Assembly: GCA_046290465.1 (NCBI GenBank)
Contig: JBKAGP010000001.1
Span: forward strand, 5,024,001-5,088,000
Length of the DNA: 64,000 nt
Source: Planctomycetota bacterium
Lineage (GTDB): Bacteria; Planctomycetota; UBA1135; UBA2386
Direction: 5' to 3'
Of the stretch, positions 1-9,486 are shown piece after piece. The notes beneath the pieces were generated by a model that was given only the letters and a program-made list of their open reading frames with translations, ran no database searches and was not told the DNA's origin. Position 1 is the stretch's first letter, and each line of letters begins with the position of its first letter. Both the position numbers and the translations under genes were made by a program.

Positions 1-76
1 CGGCGGTGCGGTCACCGAGCAGCACCACGGCGACGACGGCGACGGCCGCGGCGCCGAGCAGATGGGAGATGTGCAT
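1..76 (-). CDS. 5' end of a gene running off the window edge (signal-peptide-like N-terminus)
   Basis: ATG at 76 on the minus strand reads MHISHLLGAAAVAVVAVVLLGDRTA, a hydrophobic N-terminus divergent from dus. Confidence 0.5.
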   Translation of the reverse strand, partial: MHISHLLGAAAVAVVAVVLLGDRTA

Positions 77-169
77 GGGAGGGTCGTTCGAGGCGGGCAG
101 AGCTCGAGCAGGGAGCTGCAGTCTAGCGGCAATGGAAAGCGATGTGGCAAACCGCCAGAGTGCCGGCCT

Positions 170-1282
170 ATGGACTTTCGTGGTCGCGTGTTCCTCGCCC
201 CCCTGACCAAGGGGGGCAACCTGCCGTTCCGCCGGCTGCTCCTGAAGCACGGTTGCGAAGTCACCATGGGCGAGATGGCCTACGCCTATCAGGTCGTCAA
301 GCGCAGCAAGAGCGAACTGGCGCTGCTGCGCAAGCACGACGACGAGCAGTGCTTCGGCGCGCAGATCGCAGCCTCGCGCATCGACGACGCGGTCAAGGCC
401 GGCAACGCCGCGGCGGAGCGCGGCGCGAAGTGGGTCGACCTCAACTGCGGCTGCCCGATCCACGACGTCGTCAAGCGGCGCATGGGCGCGACGCTGCTGC
501 AGAAGCCGCACAAGCTGGCGCGGCTGGTCGAGGGCATGGTCGAGGGCATCGAGGTGCCGGTGACCGTCAAGATCCGGCTCGGCTGGTCGGAGGACGCCTA
601 CAACGCCAGCGAGGTCGCGCGCGTCTGCGAGGAGGCCGGCGCCAAGGCGGTCGGCATCCACGGTCGGACCCGCGAGCAACGCTACTCGCGCGCGGCCGAC
701 TGGGACGAGATCGCCAAGGTCGCGGCCGAGCGTTCGATCCCGGTGATCGGCAACGGCGACCTGCTGACGTGGTTCGAGACGCACGAGCGCTGGCAGCAGA
801 GCGGCGTCGCGTCGGTGATGATCGGTCGCGGCGCGCTGATCAAGCCGTGGATCTTCCGCGAGATCGCCGACAAGCAGGCGTGGGAGCCGGACGCCAGCGA
901 GCGCCTCGGCGTCTACCACGACTTCGCGAGGATGATGAAGGAGCACTTCCGCGACGACGAGAAGGGCAAGCAGCGCGCGATGCGGTTCCTGCCGTGGCAC
1001 CTCGGCTTCTTCTGCCGCTACCGGCCGCTGTCCGGCGAGCGCTGGATGGCGGCGAGCCGCGAGCACCCGCTGATCCAGACCCGCATGCCCGACGACGAGG
1101 TCGACCTGCCGCTGCTCGAACGGCTGCTGCGCGACCCGCGCAAGGAACTGCACGAACGGCTGGCCGACGTGCTCTGGTCATCCGCGGACCGCGACGAGTG
1201 CGAAGCCCAGGCGCTCCGCCTCGCCGAGGACATGCCCCCCGAAGTCGGCGACGCCGGCGAAGTCGCCACCGCCCACGGCTGA
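170..1282 (+). CDS. dus: tRNA-dihydrouridine synthase (Dus family)
   Basis: LAPL N-terminus, DLNCGCP catalytic motif, PVTVKIRLG, IHGRT, IGNGD, VMIGRGAL; start set at ATG 170 (MDFRGRVFLAP). Confidence 0.93.
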   Translation: MDFRGRVFLAPLTKGGNLPFRRLLLKHGCEVTMGEMAYAYQVVKRSKSELALLRKHDDEQCFGAQIAASRIDDAVKAGNAAAERGAKWVDLNCGCPIHDVVKRRMGATLLQKPHKLARLVEGMVEGIEVPVTVKIRLGWSEDAYNASEVARVCEEAGAKAVGIHGRTREQRYSRAADWDEIAKVAAERSIPVIGNGDLLTWFETHERWQQSGVASVMIGRGALIKPWIFREIADKQAWEPDASERLGVYHDFARMMKEHFRDDEKGKQRAMRFLPWHLGFFCRYRPLSGERWMAASREHPLIQTRMPDDEVDLPLLERLLRDPRKELHERLADVLWSSADRDECEAQALRLAEDMPPEVGDAGEVATAHG

Positions 1283-1284
1283 AG

Positions 1285-1374
1285 GTTGCTGTACGGTACC
1301 TGGTTCATCCTCCAACATTCGCGAGCGCAAGCGCGCGCGAATGTTGGAGGATGAACCAGGTACCGTACGGCAAC
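1285..1374. repeat. 90-bp near-perfect palindrome between convergent genes
   Basis: Arms 1285-1328 and 1331-1374 are reverse complements at 42 of 44 positions, with a 2-nt centre (AA). Confidence 0.95.
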
Positions 1375-1393
1375 TTGACGGGGGGCGGATGGG

Positions 1394-2776
1394 TCAGCTG
1401 AGCGCGGCGACGAACGGCGCGGGCGTGCCTTCGCGCACGGCGTCCTGCAGTGCCAGCGATCGATCGATCGCGGCCGCGTCGAAGCCGAACGGCAGCATCG
1501 GGCCGTCGATCGCCTCCCAGCTGGTCACGTTCTGCAGGCGTCGCTGGCGTTCGGCGGTGATCGCCTTCTTCAAGGTGGCGTCGCCGGATCCGGCGACCAG
1601 CGTGGCCAGGTTGACGGCCGCCGGCAGGTAGTCGGGGCTCGCTTCGAGCGCGCGCTGCCAGAGGTCGAACGCCTGTTCGCCGCCGTCGTTGCCGCGCCAG
1701 CGCAGCGTCGCCATCGCCAGCAGGTTGAGGGCGCGCGGGTCGTCGGGGGCCTCGCGCACGGCGCGGATCGCGGCCTCGATAACGGCGTGGCCGTCGGCCC
1801 AGGTCGTCAGCATCGCCGTGGCGCGGCCGAGGGTGCGGTCGGCGGCCGTGCTCTGCGGGCGGCGCAACCCGCCGCCGGCGAGCGGCGCCAGCTCGTGCAT
1901 GCGGTTGCCGAGACGATGGTCCTGCACGCGGCGCAGCCCGGCGCCGGCGATGCGGCGGGTGCGGTCCGGGTCGCCCAGCAGCCGCGCGACGACGTCCTCG
2001 AAGTCGTCGTCGCCGTGCAGCACACACTCCTCGTCGGGCACGAAGAAGTCGCGCACCTCCCGGTTGTCGCGCTCCATCAGCAGCAGCGCGCCGCACGCCG
2101 GGACCTCGAACGCGCGCAGGTTCATCTCGCCGCGGATGCTGCGGTTCCAGCCGATGCGGCAGCGGTTGAGGAAGCGGCCGTAGTGGTGGCCGTGCAGGCC
2201 GCCCTGCACCACGGCGTGCACGCCGCTGCGGTCGAGGCGCTGCACGCGCTCGATCCAGCCGGCGCGTTCGCGCTGCACCACCGGGTTGAGGTTGCCGACG
2301 AAGCCGAGGTCGACGTCGCGCTCGGCGACGTCGTCGTAGAGCCGGTGGAACGGCCGCTTGTGCGCATACTGGCACCAGTAGCGCACGTCGGCGAACGTCA
2401 GCCGTTCGAACAGCGCGACGCCGCTCCGGTCACACAGCAGCGAATCGAAGAACGGCCACAGCCCCGCCAGATGCGGCAGCGTCAGGTTGTAGTCCGAGAC
2501 CACGCCGACGACCGGCACCGGGCACGCGTCGAGATCGGCGGGCAGCGGCTCCTGGTCGGGCCAGTAGATCAGCACCAGGTCCGGCGCGAAGCCGTCGGGC
2601 AGCGCCGCCGCGAGTTCGTGCCAGCTCTGCCGCGACGGATCGAACGCGACGTCGAACGGGTAGTGCACCCCGTCGACCATCATCCGCTCCGGCGGTCCGA
2701 ACGTGCACAGCTCGACGTCACGCATCGCGGTGCGGTCGTCGAAGCACTCGAGCGGCAGGTTGCAGAGGATGCGCAT
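1394..2776 (-). CDS. Glycosyltransferase (CgeB/Glyco_trans_1_2-like) with C-terminal TPR-like helices
   Basis: MRILCNLP start; DLGFVGN, CRIGWNRSIRGEMNLRAFEVPACGALLL and DFFVPDEEC match the CgeB-type GT-B C-terminal domain. Confidence 0.8.
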   Translation of the reverse strand: MRILCNLPLECFDDRTAMRDVELCTFGPPERMMVDGVHYPFDVAFDPSRQSWHELAAALPDGFAPDLVLIYWPDQEPLPADLDACPVPVVGVVSDYNLTLPHLAGLWPFFDSLLCDRSGVALFERLTFADVRYWCQYAHKRPFHRLYDDVAERDVDLGFVGNLNPVVQRERAGWIERVQRLDRSGVHAVVQGGLHGHHYGRFLNRCRIGWNRSIRGEMNLRAFEVPACGALLLMERDNREVRDFFVPDEECVLHGDDDFEDVVARLLGDPDRTRRIAGAGLRRVQDHRLGNRMHELAPLAGGGLRRPQSTAADRTLGRATAMLTTWADGHAVIEAAIRAVREAPDDPRALNLLAMATLRWRGNDGGEQAFDLWQRALEASPDYLPAAVNLATLVAGSGDATLKKAITAERQRRLQNVTSWEAIDGPMLPFGFDAAAIDRSLALQDAVREGTPAPFVAALS

Positions 2777-2787
2777 CGCGCGGCTGC

Positions 2788-4471
2788 TCAGGCCGCCGGC
2801 AGCGAGTTGAGGTTGGCGCGCGCGTCGCCGTGCTGCGGGTCGAGCACCAGCGCCCGTTCGAAGCTCTCGCGCGCGGCGCGCACGTCGCCGTTCTGGAACA
2901 GCACGACGCCGAGCAGGTTGGTAGGTGTCGGCGTTGCGCTGGCCCGCGGTGATCGCGGCGCGGATTGCCAGCGCGGCCTCGTCCAGGCGGCCGAGCATGT
3001 GCAGCGCGTTGCCGCGCAGGACGTGCAGCTGCGGCTGCTCGTCGGCGCCCGCCAGCTGCTGGTCGAGCGTCGCCAGCGCCGCCTGCGGTTGGTTGGATGC
3101 GAGCCACGACCCGCACAGGTCGAACAGCAGCTGCGGGTCGGCGTCGTCGAGGCAGCGCGCCGCGGCGAACGCGCGGGCCGCGTCGACGTGGTTGCCCTGG
3201 CTCCGGTGCCGCGTCGCCGTCTGGCGCAGCTCGTCGAACAGCCGGCGCAGGTGTTGGTCCTGGGCGGCCCCGGCGCTCGGCGTCGGGATCTCCTTGGTGA
3301 CCAGGCGCAGCTCGCTGCGGCGCGCGTGGTCGTCGCTGGCCGCGTTCGCGGGCGCGGGCGCCGGCGTCGGCAGGATCGTCTGCTTCTGCGGTGCGGCGGG
3401 TGCGGCGGGCGCAGCGGACGCCGGCGCGGCCTGCGGCGGCTGCGCGTCGGCCATCTGCTGCAGCACGGCCTCGAGCTGTTCGCCGTGGTACTCGGGGCGG
3501 TAGTGTCCCGCGACCTCGATGCCGCCCGCACGCAGCGCCGTGCGCACGTCCGGCAGCGCGCCCGCCAGCACGATTGCCTCGGCCATGGCGCGCGGGTCCT
3601 TCGGTTCGACGAACAGCGCGTAGCGATCGTGGCCGACCAGCTTGCCGTGGTTGCGGAAGCACGGGATGTCGGTCAGCACGCTCGGCACGCCGCACGCCAT
3701 CGCCTCGATCGCCGGCAGGAAGAAGCCCTCCTCGGCGCCGCTGCTGGTGCCGAGGAACACGTCGAGCGAACGGTAGAAGTCGCCCATCTGGTCGGGGCGC
3801 AGCTCCTGGTGCCACTCGACCGCGAACGGCAGGTCGCGCTCCTCGGGGCTCGGCGGCGTGTTCGACGCGCGCACCAGCACCAGGTTCTGGCCGGCCCTGG
3901 CCGCCAGTTCGCAGGCGGCGTAGCCGGTCGGCAGGTCCTTCCACGGGATCGAGTAGGGGCCGACCAGGCCGACGCGCAGCGGCGACTGCGGCGGCCGGAA
4001 CGGGCCCGGCTTGTGCACCTGGTGGTCGATGACGTAGCGGACCTCGTGCGCGTCGACGCCGAACCGCTCCTTCAGCAGCGCGGTCAGGTGCGGCGAGATC
4101 GTCACGTGGTGCATGCCCGGCAGGCGGTAGGTCGCCTCGATGCGGTCGCGCACGCCCTGGTTCTCGGGGTTGTCCCCCTCGTAGCCCTGGCACAGGTGCA
4201 CCGGCGCGCCCTTGCCCGGGCCGGCGCTGGCGACCCACGGCACCGTGCTCCAGAACGTGCCGATCAGCACGTCGCCGTCCGGCAGGTTCTCGGGACGGAA
4301 GTCCGGCACCTGGCAGAACCCGCAGTCCAGCTGCATCCAGGCCGGTGGCCCCGAGCGACTGACGATGGTGACCTGGTGACCGCGCTGGCTGAGCCAGTTG
4401 GCGTCCTCCAGGGCGACCTTTACGCCACCCCAGAGCTGGTCCGCGACTTCGAGCAGAAACGTGATGCGCAT
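2788..4471 (-). CDS. GT4-family glycosyltransferase with C-terminal TPRs; one apparent extra base at 2920-2921
   Basis: MRITFLL..WGGVKV start and EEGFFLPAIEAMACGVP GT4 motif; the last TPR (NLLGVVLFQNGDVRAARESFERALVLDPQ) continues in another frame after ...NADTY. Confidence 0.8.
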
Positions 4472-4600
4472 GTGTTCGCCTCGGCCGCCGTCTGCGGCCA
4501 TCGATCCGATGTCTCCATCGGCCCGATGCCACGGGCGACCTGAGCCGTCTCGCTTCGGATGGTTTCCGGACGCCCCGCTCGGCATGATCTCCGGCCGCCA

Positions 4601-5518
4601 GTGAACCCTCTCATCCGCATCATCCCGGCTTTCATGGTGCGCTTCTTCGCGAAGCCCTATGTCGCCGGCGACTCCCTCGAAAAGGCGATGGGCGTCGTCG
4701 ACCAGCTGCGCTCGGAGCGCGGCCTGCTGTCGACGCTGGACCTGCTCGCCGAGGACATCCACGAGCCCGAGCAGGCGCAGCGCAACCTGCAGGCCTACCT
4801 GGACATGGTCGATGCGGCGGCGCGCGTGGCACCCGCCGACCGGCCGACGCTGTCGCTGAAGCCGTCGTCGTACACGACCAGCCCGCTGCACGAGGGCGGC
4901 GACGCCGCCGGCTCGCGCGCGGCCATGTGGCAGATCGTGCAGAAGGCGATCGAGCACGACGTCGACGTCTCGATCGACATGGAGGGCCGCCACTGGACCG
5001 ACTTCACGCTGGAGGCGCTGCAGCGCTTCCACGCGGACGGTGCGCGCAACGTCGGCTGCGTGCTGCAGACGCGTCTGCACCGCACCGAGAAGGACCTGGA
5101 CGCGCTGCCCGAGGGCATGCGCGTGCGCCTGGTGATCGGCATCTACCAGGAGCCCGCCGAGGTCGCGCTGACCGACAAGGTCGCGATGAAGGACCGGATG
5201 CTGGCGTTCGCCGAGAAGCTGCTCGAACGCGGCCACTACGTCGAGTTCGCCTCGCACGACGTGCAGTGCGTGCGCCGCTTCCTCGAGGACGTCGTGCCGC
5301 GCGTCGGCGCCGCGCAGGATCGCTACGAGGTGCAGATGCTCTACGGCGTGCCGCGCGACCGCTTCCTCGCCGACCTGCAGCGGCAGGGGGTCAAATGCCG
5401 GCTCTACGTGCCGTTCGCGCTGGGCTGGGACCTGGCGATCGAGTACCTGCGCCGCCGGCTCGACGAGTACCCGGCGATGATGTGGCTGGTCACCAAGAAC
5501 ATGTTCCTGCGGCGATGA
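4601..5518 (+). CDS. Monofunctional proline dehydrogenase
   Basis: YVAGDS, TLDLLAE, SLKPS, IDME, VLQTRL, FASHD, EVQMLYG, RLYVPF and YLRRRLDE motifs; GTG start. Confidence 0.9.
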   Translation: MNPLIRIIPAFMVRFFAKPYVAGDSLEKAMGVVDQLRSERGLLSTLDLLAEDIHEPEQAQRNLQAYLDMVDAAARVAPADRPTLSLKPSSYTTSPLHEGGDAAGSRAAMWQIVQKAIEHDVDVSIDMEGRHWTDFTLEALQRFHADGARNVGCVLQTRLHRTEKDLDALPEGMRVRLVIGIYQEPAEVALTDKVAMKDRMLAFAEKLLERGHYVEFASHDVQCVRRFLEDVVPRVGAAQDRYEVQMLYGVPRDRFLADLQRQGVKCRLYVPFALGWDLAIEYLRRRLDEYPAMMWLVTKNMFLRR

Positions 5519-5666
5519 GCGGCGTCAGCTGCTCGTAGCTGCCCATGGCAGCGCGGGTTCGGGTGATTGCGAGATGGTTGCCGGGGCCCGGGGCCGGGCC
5601 GGTTTCGACGGGGAAGATCCGCCACCCTGGCGGAGCCTTGCCTTCGCCGGTATAGTGTTTCCCCCC

Positions 5667-5990
5667 ATGGATCCACTTGCCACGATTGTCGAGCGACTCT
5701 GCGCCTGGAAGGATGTCAACAAGGAGAAGCGCGACGGGAAGGACTGTTTCCTCGTCCGCGGCCAGGTCTTTGCCTACCTCGGCAAGAAGGGCGTGGTCGT
5801 CAAGCTCGCGCCGCCGCAGGTGACCGAAGCGCTCAAGATCATTGGCGCCAAGCGGATGCCGGACGACGGCGACCCGCACTCCCGCGAGTTCGTCGAGATC
5901 CCGGTCACCGGCCCGCGTGAGGTCGAGCGCGCCATGATGTGGCTGCGCCGCGCCTGCCGCCTCGGCCGCACGGCCGCCGGCCCGGTCTAG
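5667..5990 (+). CDS. Small protein, TfoX/MmcQ-YjbR-like fold
   Basis: 107 aa; the FLVRGQVFAY..VVVKL and EFVEIP..W pattern resembles this family; host-like codon usage. Confidence 0.5.
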   Translation: MDPLATIVERLCAWKDVNKEKRDGKDCFLVRGQVFAYLGKKGVVVKLAPPQVTEALKIIGAKRMPDDGDPHSREFVEIPVTGPREVERAMMWLRRACRLGRTAAGPV

Positions 5991-6179
5991 GGGCTGGCCC
6001 GTCTGGTAGCTTGCCGATGGATTGGCCGGCTGGTCGAGTCGCCGGCTGATGTGGGGAGCTGCCTGGGCGCGTGCTCCCGTCGGACGCCGCCGGATCCGTC
6101 GGCTGGCTCCGGAAGTCGTTGCCAATCGGTTCGCTAGGTCAACCGGTTCGCGGCGCGCCCCAACGCGCAGCCGAGGTGC

Positions 6180-6737
6180 TCAGTCCGCCCGCTGCCAGGG
6201 GATGTCGGCGACGCCGGCCTGCTGGTTGGCCAGGCGAGCCCAGCTGAAGCACAGGTCCGACAGCCGGTTGAGGTAGACGCCGATCTGCGTCGGGACCGGG
6301 TGGCTGTCGGCGACGCAGCGCTGCAGGGTCCAATAGCAGCGCTCGGCGCGCCGCGAGACCGTGCGCGCGAGGTGCAGCACCGCGCCGATCCTCGAGCCGC
6401 CCGGCAGCACGAACGTCTTGAGCTGCGGCAACTTCGACTCCGAGGCGTCGATCCACTGCTCCAACTCGCCGATCGCCTTCTCGACCCGCGGCACCGAGGC
6501 GTTGCCGCCCTCGGTCGCCAAGTCCGCGCCGATCTCGAACAGCGCGTCCTGCAGGCTCTGCACCTGCGCATCGGTCGGCGTCTGGCCGTCCTGCAGCTCC
6601 GCACGCAGCATGCCGAGCACGGAGTTCAACTCGTCGACGGTGCCGTAGGCCTCGATGCGGGCGTCGTCCTTGGGGACCCGTCGGTTGCCGAAGAGTCCGG
6701 TGTGGCCGTCGTCGCCGGTTCCGGTGTAGATGGGCAT
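6180..6737 (-). CDS. pduO: ATP:cob(I)alamin adenosyltransferase, PduO type
   Basis: IYTGTGDDGHT, RIEAYGTVDELNS, FVLPGG, ARTVSRRAER and YLNRLSD motifs. Confidence 0.95.
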   Translation of the reverse strand: MPIYTGTGDDGHTGLFGNRRVPKDDARIEAYGTVDELNSVLGMLRAELQDGQTPTDAQVQSLQDALFEIGADLATEGGNASVPRVEKAIGELEQWIDASESKLPQLKTFVLPGGSRIGAVLHLARTVSRRAERCYWTLQRCVADSHPVPTQIGVYLNRLSDLCFSWARLANQQAGVADIPWQRAD

Positions 6738-6769
6738 GCGCGCCGTTCCTGGGTCACTCGTAGGGATAG

Positions 6770-6806
6770 AAAAACCGGTCGGCGGGGCGTGAACCCCGCC
6801 GACCGG
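6770..6806 (-). terminator. Intrinsic terminator just upstream of pduO
   Basis: Perfect 13-bp stem CCGGTCGGCGGGG/CCCCGCCGACCGG, 6-nt loop, followed by TTTTT on the minus strand. Confidence 0.85.
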
Positions 6807-6973
6807 AAACTCTGTTCAACACTTCGATGGGGGCCCGTCAGGGCGGATGGAGAGGTTTCCCATCTGGAGCCGTTGGCTCACACGATCCTGGCGAGAGGAC
6901 CGGTAGCCGCCCAGGTCTCGACTCCAATGCAGACAGAGAACTGTACGATCTGGCACTCGGTGCCACCGGGGCC
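6770..6973 (-). ncRNA. Candidate structured ncRNA or regulatory leader (6S-like or unknown riboswitch)
   Basis: Lies between a sigma70-like promoter and an intrinsic terminator; nested helices GGCCC/GGGCC, UGGAGUCG/CGGCUCCA and CCUGG/CCAGG; no credible ORF. Confidence 0.55.
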
Positions 6974-6980
6974 GTGGACG

Positions 6981-7009
6981 AGTATTTTGTGGCGAGTCGG
7001 GCAAGTCAA
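6981..7009 (-). promoter_or_regulatory. Sigma70-like promoter
   Basis: TTGACT (7009-7004), 17-nt spacer, AATACT (6986-6981), about 7 nt before the GGCCC that opens the structured region. Confidence 0.55.
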
Positions 7010-7128
7010 GGTGCAAAGGCACCGCCCGGACAAGGATCGGTTTAGGATCGAGCCGCACTTGAGCGCTGGCTAAGGGGCTTCCCTCATTCGCTGCCAGCGC
7101 CGGAATCCGATCGCCTCGGAGAACAAGG

Positions 7129-8697
7129 ATGCCGTCCAGCCACGACCCGTCTCATCCCAACCTGCGCGCCGGAAGCAGGTTTTGCCTGTTGGGCCTGCTT
7201 GCCGCGGCGCTGCCGGCGCAGAACCTCGAACTCGGTGTGGTCGGTGGCTCGATGCCCGGGCCGTTCGAACTCGGCATCGCCGGCGGCCTGCCGTTCGAGA
7301 TCGTGCTGATCGTGCCGTCGAGCACCTCGGGGCCGACGCCGCTGTCGCTGGTCGATCCGGCGGATCCGCGCTCGCTGTCGATCGGCGTCGACCTGGTCGG
7401 CAACGCGATCGCGGCCATCACCGACTTCAACGGCGAGGTCTCGCTGCCGGGGCAGCTGTCGCTGGTTCCTTCGCTGGTCGACGTGCCGCTCTACTGGCAG
7501 GCGGTGACGTTCGCGTTCCAGCCGACGCTGGTCGATCGGATCAGCAACCCGGACGTGTTCCGGTTCGGCATCGCCGGGGAGTTCCGTGACCGGGGCCTGA
7601 CCACGTTCGACCTGCGCGCGTTCGCGACCGCGCTCGAACGGGCCGACCGCAAGACGCTGATCGTCGGCGGTGCGCGCGGCGCCCTGCTGGCGCAGGTCGC
7701 GGTCGACACCACCGAGATCTACGATCCGATCACCGACACGTTCGTCAACGGGCCGACGATGACGACGCCGCGCTCGCTGCACACGCAGACGAAGCTGGAC
7801 GACGGTCGCTACCTGATCTGCGGCGGCGTCGACGACGCCAACAACCCGCAGGCGAGCTGCGAGATCTACGACCCGGTCGCCGACACCTTCACCGCGGTCG
7901 CGTCGATGAACTCGCCGCGCATGGGTGCCACCGCGACGCTGCTCGCGGACGGGCGCGTGTTCGTCAGCGGCGGCCTCGAGGCGATCTCGGTGACGCCGAC
8001 GCAGCTGCAGGCGATCCGCGACGCGGTCGACTCGACCGAGATCTACGACCCCGTCACCGACACCTGGACCGTCGGCCCGCCGATGAGCGATCCGCGCGCC
8101 GGCCACGTCGCGCTGCAGCGCACCGACGGCGTGATCGTGCTGGCCGGCGGCATCAGCTGGGACCCCAACATCCTGTTCGGCTGGCTGCCGACCGTGCGCA
8201 CGTCGAGCGACCTCTACGATCCGGCGACCAACACGATGAGCGCCGGCCCGTCGATGAACGACGCGCGCGCGCTGACCGACCCGGTCGCGATCGGGGCCGA
8301 TCGCTGGCTGATCGCCGGCGGCATGAACGGCCTGTCGATCATCCCGTTCAACGCCGGCAACCCGACCGCGTCCGCCGAGATCTACGACGGCGCGAGCAAC
8401 ACCTTCACGAGCGTCGGTTCGATGGCGACGGCGCGCGCCAACCAGAAGGCGTGGGCGCTCGGCAACGGCCAGTACCTGCTCGCCGGTGGCGGCGACGGCA
8501 GCATCCTGTCGCCGGTGCCGCTGTCGTCGACCGAGGTCTTCGACACCGCGACCAACACGTTCTCGCCGGGGCCGGCGATGAACGCACCGCGCGCGGCGGC
8601 CGGCATCTACTTCACCACCCAGGGCCAGGTGTTCCTGTTCGGCGGTGCCGACTCCGGCGCGACGATCACGAACACCACGGAGTGGTACTTCTTCTGA
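7129..8697 (+). CDS. Secreted Kelch-repeat beta-propeller protein
   Basis: Signal peptide ending ALPA-Q; six repeats of M..PR..H.AT.L.DG..L..GG....EIYDP. Confidence 0.9.
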   Translation: MPSSHDPSHPNLRAGSRFCLLGLLAAALPAQNLELGVVGGSMPGPFELGIAGGLPFEIVLIVPSSTSGPTPLSLVDPADPRSLSIGVDLVGNAIAAITDFNGEVSLPGQLSLVPSLVDVPLYWQAVTFAFQPTLVDRISNPDVFRFGIAGEFRDRGLTTFDLRAFATALERADRKTLIVGGARGALLAQVAVDTTEIYDPITDTFVNGPTMTTPRSLHTQTKLDDGRYLICGGVDDANNPQASCEIYDPVADTFTAVASMNSPRMGATATLLADGRVFVSGGLEAISVTPTQLQAIRDAVDSTEIYDPVTDTWTVGPPMSDPRAGHVALQRTDGVIVLAGGISWDPNILFGWLPTVRTSSDLYDPATNTMSAGPSMNDARALTDPVAIGADRWLIAGGMNGLSIIPFNAGNPTASAEIYDGASNTFTSVGSMATARANQKAWALGNGQYLLAGGGDGSILSPVPLSSTEVFDTATNTFSPGPAMNAPRAAAGIYFTTQGQVFLFGGADSGATITNTTEWYFF

Positions 8698-8711
8698 TCC
8701 ACCAGGACCCG

Positions 8712-9446
8712 TTGCTCGACGTGCTGGCCGCCAACGTGCGGTCGTTGCGCAAGGCGCGCGGCTGGTCCCGGCGCGACCTGGCGACGCGCGCCGACATCAG
8801 CGAGCGATTCCTCGCCGATGTCGAGCAGGCCTCGGCCAACCCGTCGCTGCTGCGCGTGCAGGCGCTGGCGCGCGCGTTCGACGTCGCGCTGGTCGATCTG
8901 CTGACGGCGGCCGCGCCGACCGAACGCGCGCACGTCGCGCTGCTCGGCCTGCGCGGCGCCGGCAAGAGCACCGTCGGGCCGCTGCTGGCCGAACGCATGC
9001 AGGTGCCGTTCGTCGAGCTGGACGCGCGCATCGAGGCGACGTCGGGCCTGAGTCTCGACGAGATCTTCCAGGTGCACGGCGAGTCGTACTGCCGTTCGAC
9101 CGAGCGCAGCGAACTGGATCGGCTGCTCGCCGGCGAACCGTGCGTGGTCGCCGTCGGCGGCGGCCTGGTCACCGACGCGGACAGCTATCGATCGCTGCGC
9201 CAGCAGGCGCGAACGGTGTGGCTGCGCGCCGCTCCGGAGGATCACTGGCGGCGCGTGATCGCGCAGGGCGACACCCGTCCGATGGCCGACAACGAGCAGG
9301 CGTTCGTCGACCTGCGCCGCATCCTCGCGACGCGCGAACCGCTCTACGAGCAGGCCGACGTCGTCGTTGACACGTCCGATGTCCCGCTCGAACAGGTCGT
9401 CACCCGGGTCGCCGACCGCCTCGCCACCGTCGCGACGACCCTGTGA
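8712..9446 (+). CDS. XRE-HTH plus shikimate-kinase-like transcriptional regulator (BzdR/BoxR architecture)
   Basis: VRSLRKARGWSRRDLA..ISERFLADVE..ANPSL HTH followed by ALLGLRGAGKST P-loop, ELD and VGGG; start codon uncertain. Confidence 0.82.
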   Translation: MLDVLAANVRSLRKARGWSRRDLATRADISERFLADVEQASANPSLLRVQALARAFDVALVDLLTAAAPTERAHVALLGLRGAGKSTVGPLLAERMQVPFVELDARIEATSGLSLDEIFQVHGESYCRSTERSELDRLLAGEPCVVAVGGGLVTDADSYRSLRQQARTVWLRAAPEDHWRRVIAQGDTRPMADNEQAFVDLRRILATREPLYEQADVVVDTSDVPLEQVVTRVADRLATVATTL

Positions 9447-9486
9447 ATCGAGGTCGCGCGGGGCTGCGGCTCGTCGACCGGTGCCG

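Noticed and set aside
4472..5257. N-terminal extension of the 1287-aa ORF
   Set aside because: It is antisense to the proline dehydrogenase gene; the real GT starts at ATG 4471
6830..6975. Canonical cobalamin riboswitch upstream of pduO
   Set aside because: GAGUC..AGACCUG resembles the B12 box end, but the upstream GGGAA and GGUG.AA.UCC elements are missing; kept as an unclassified RNA instead
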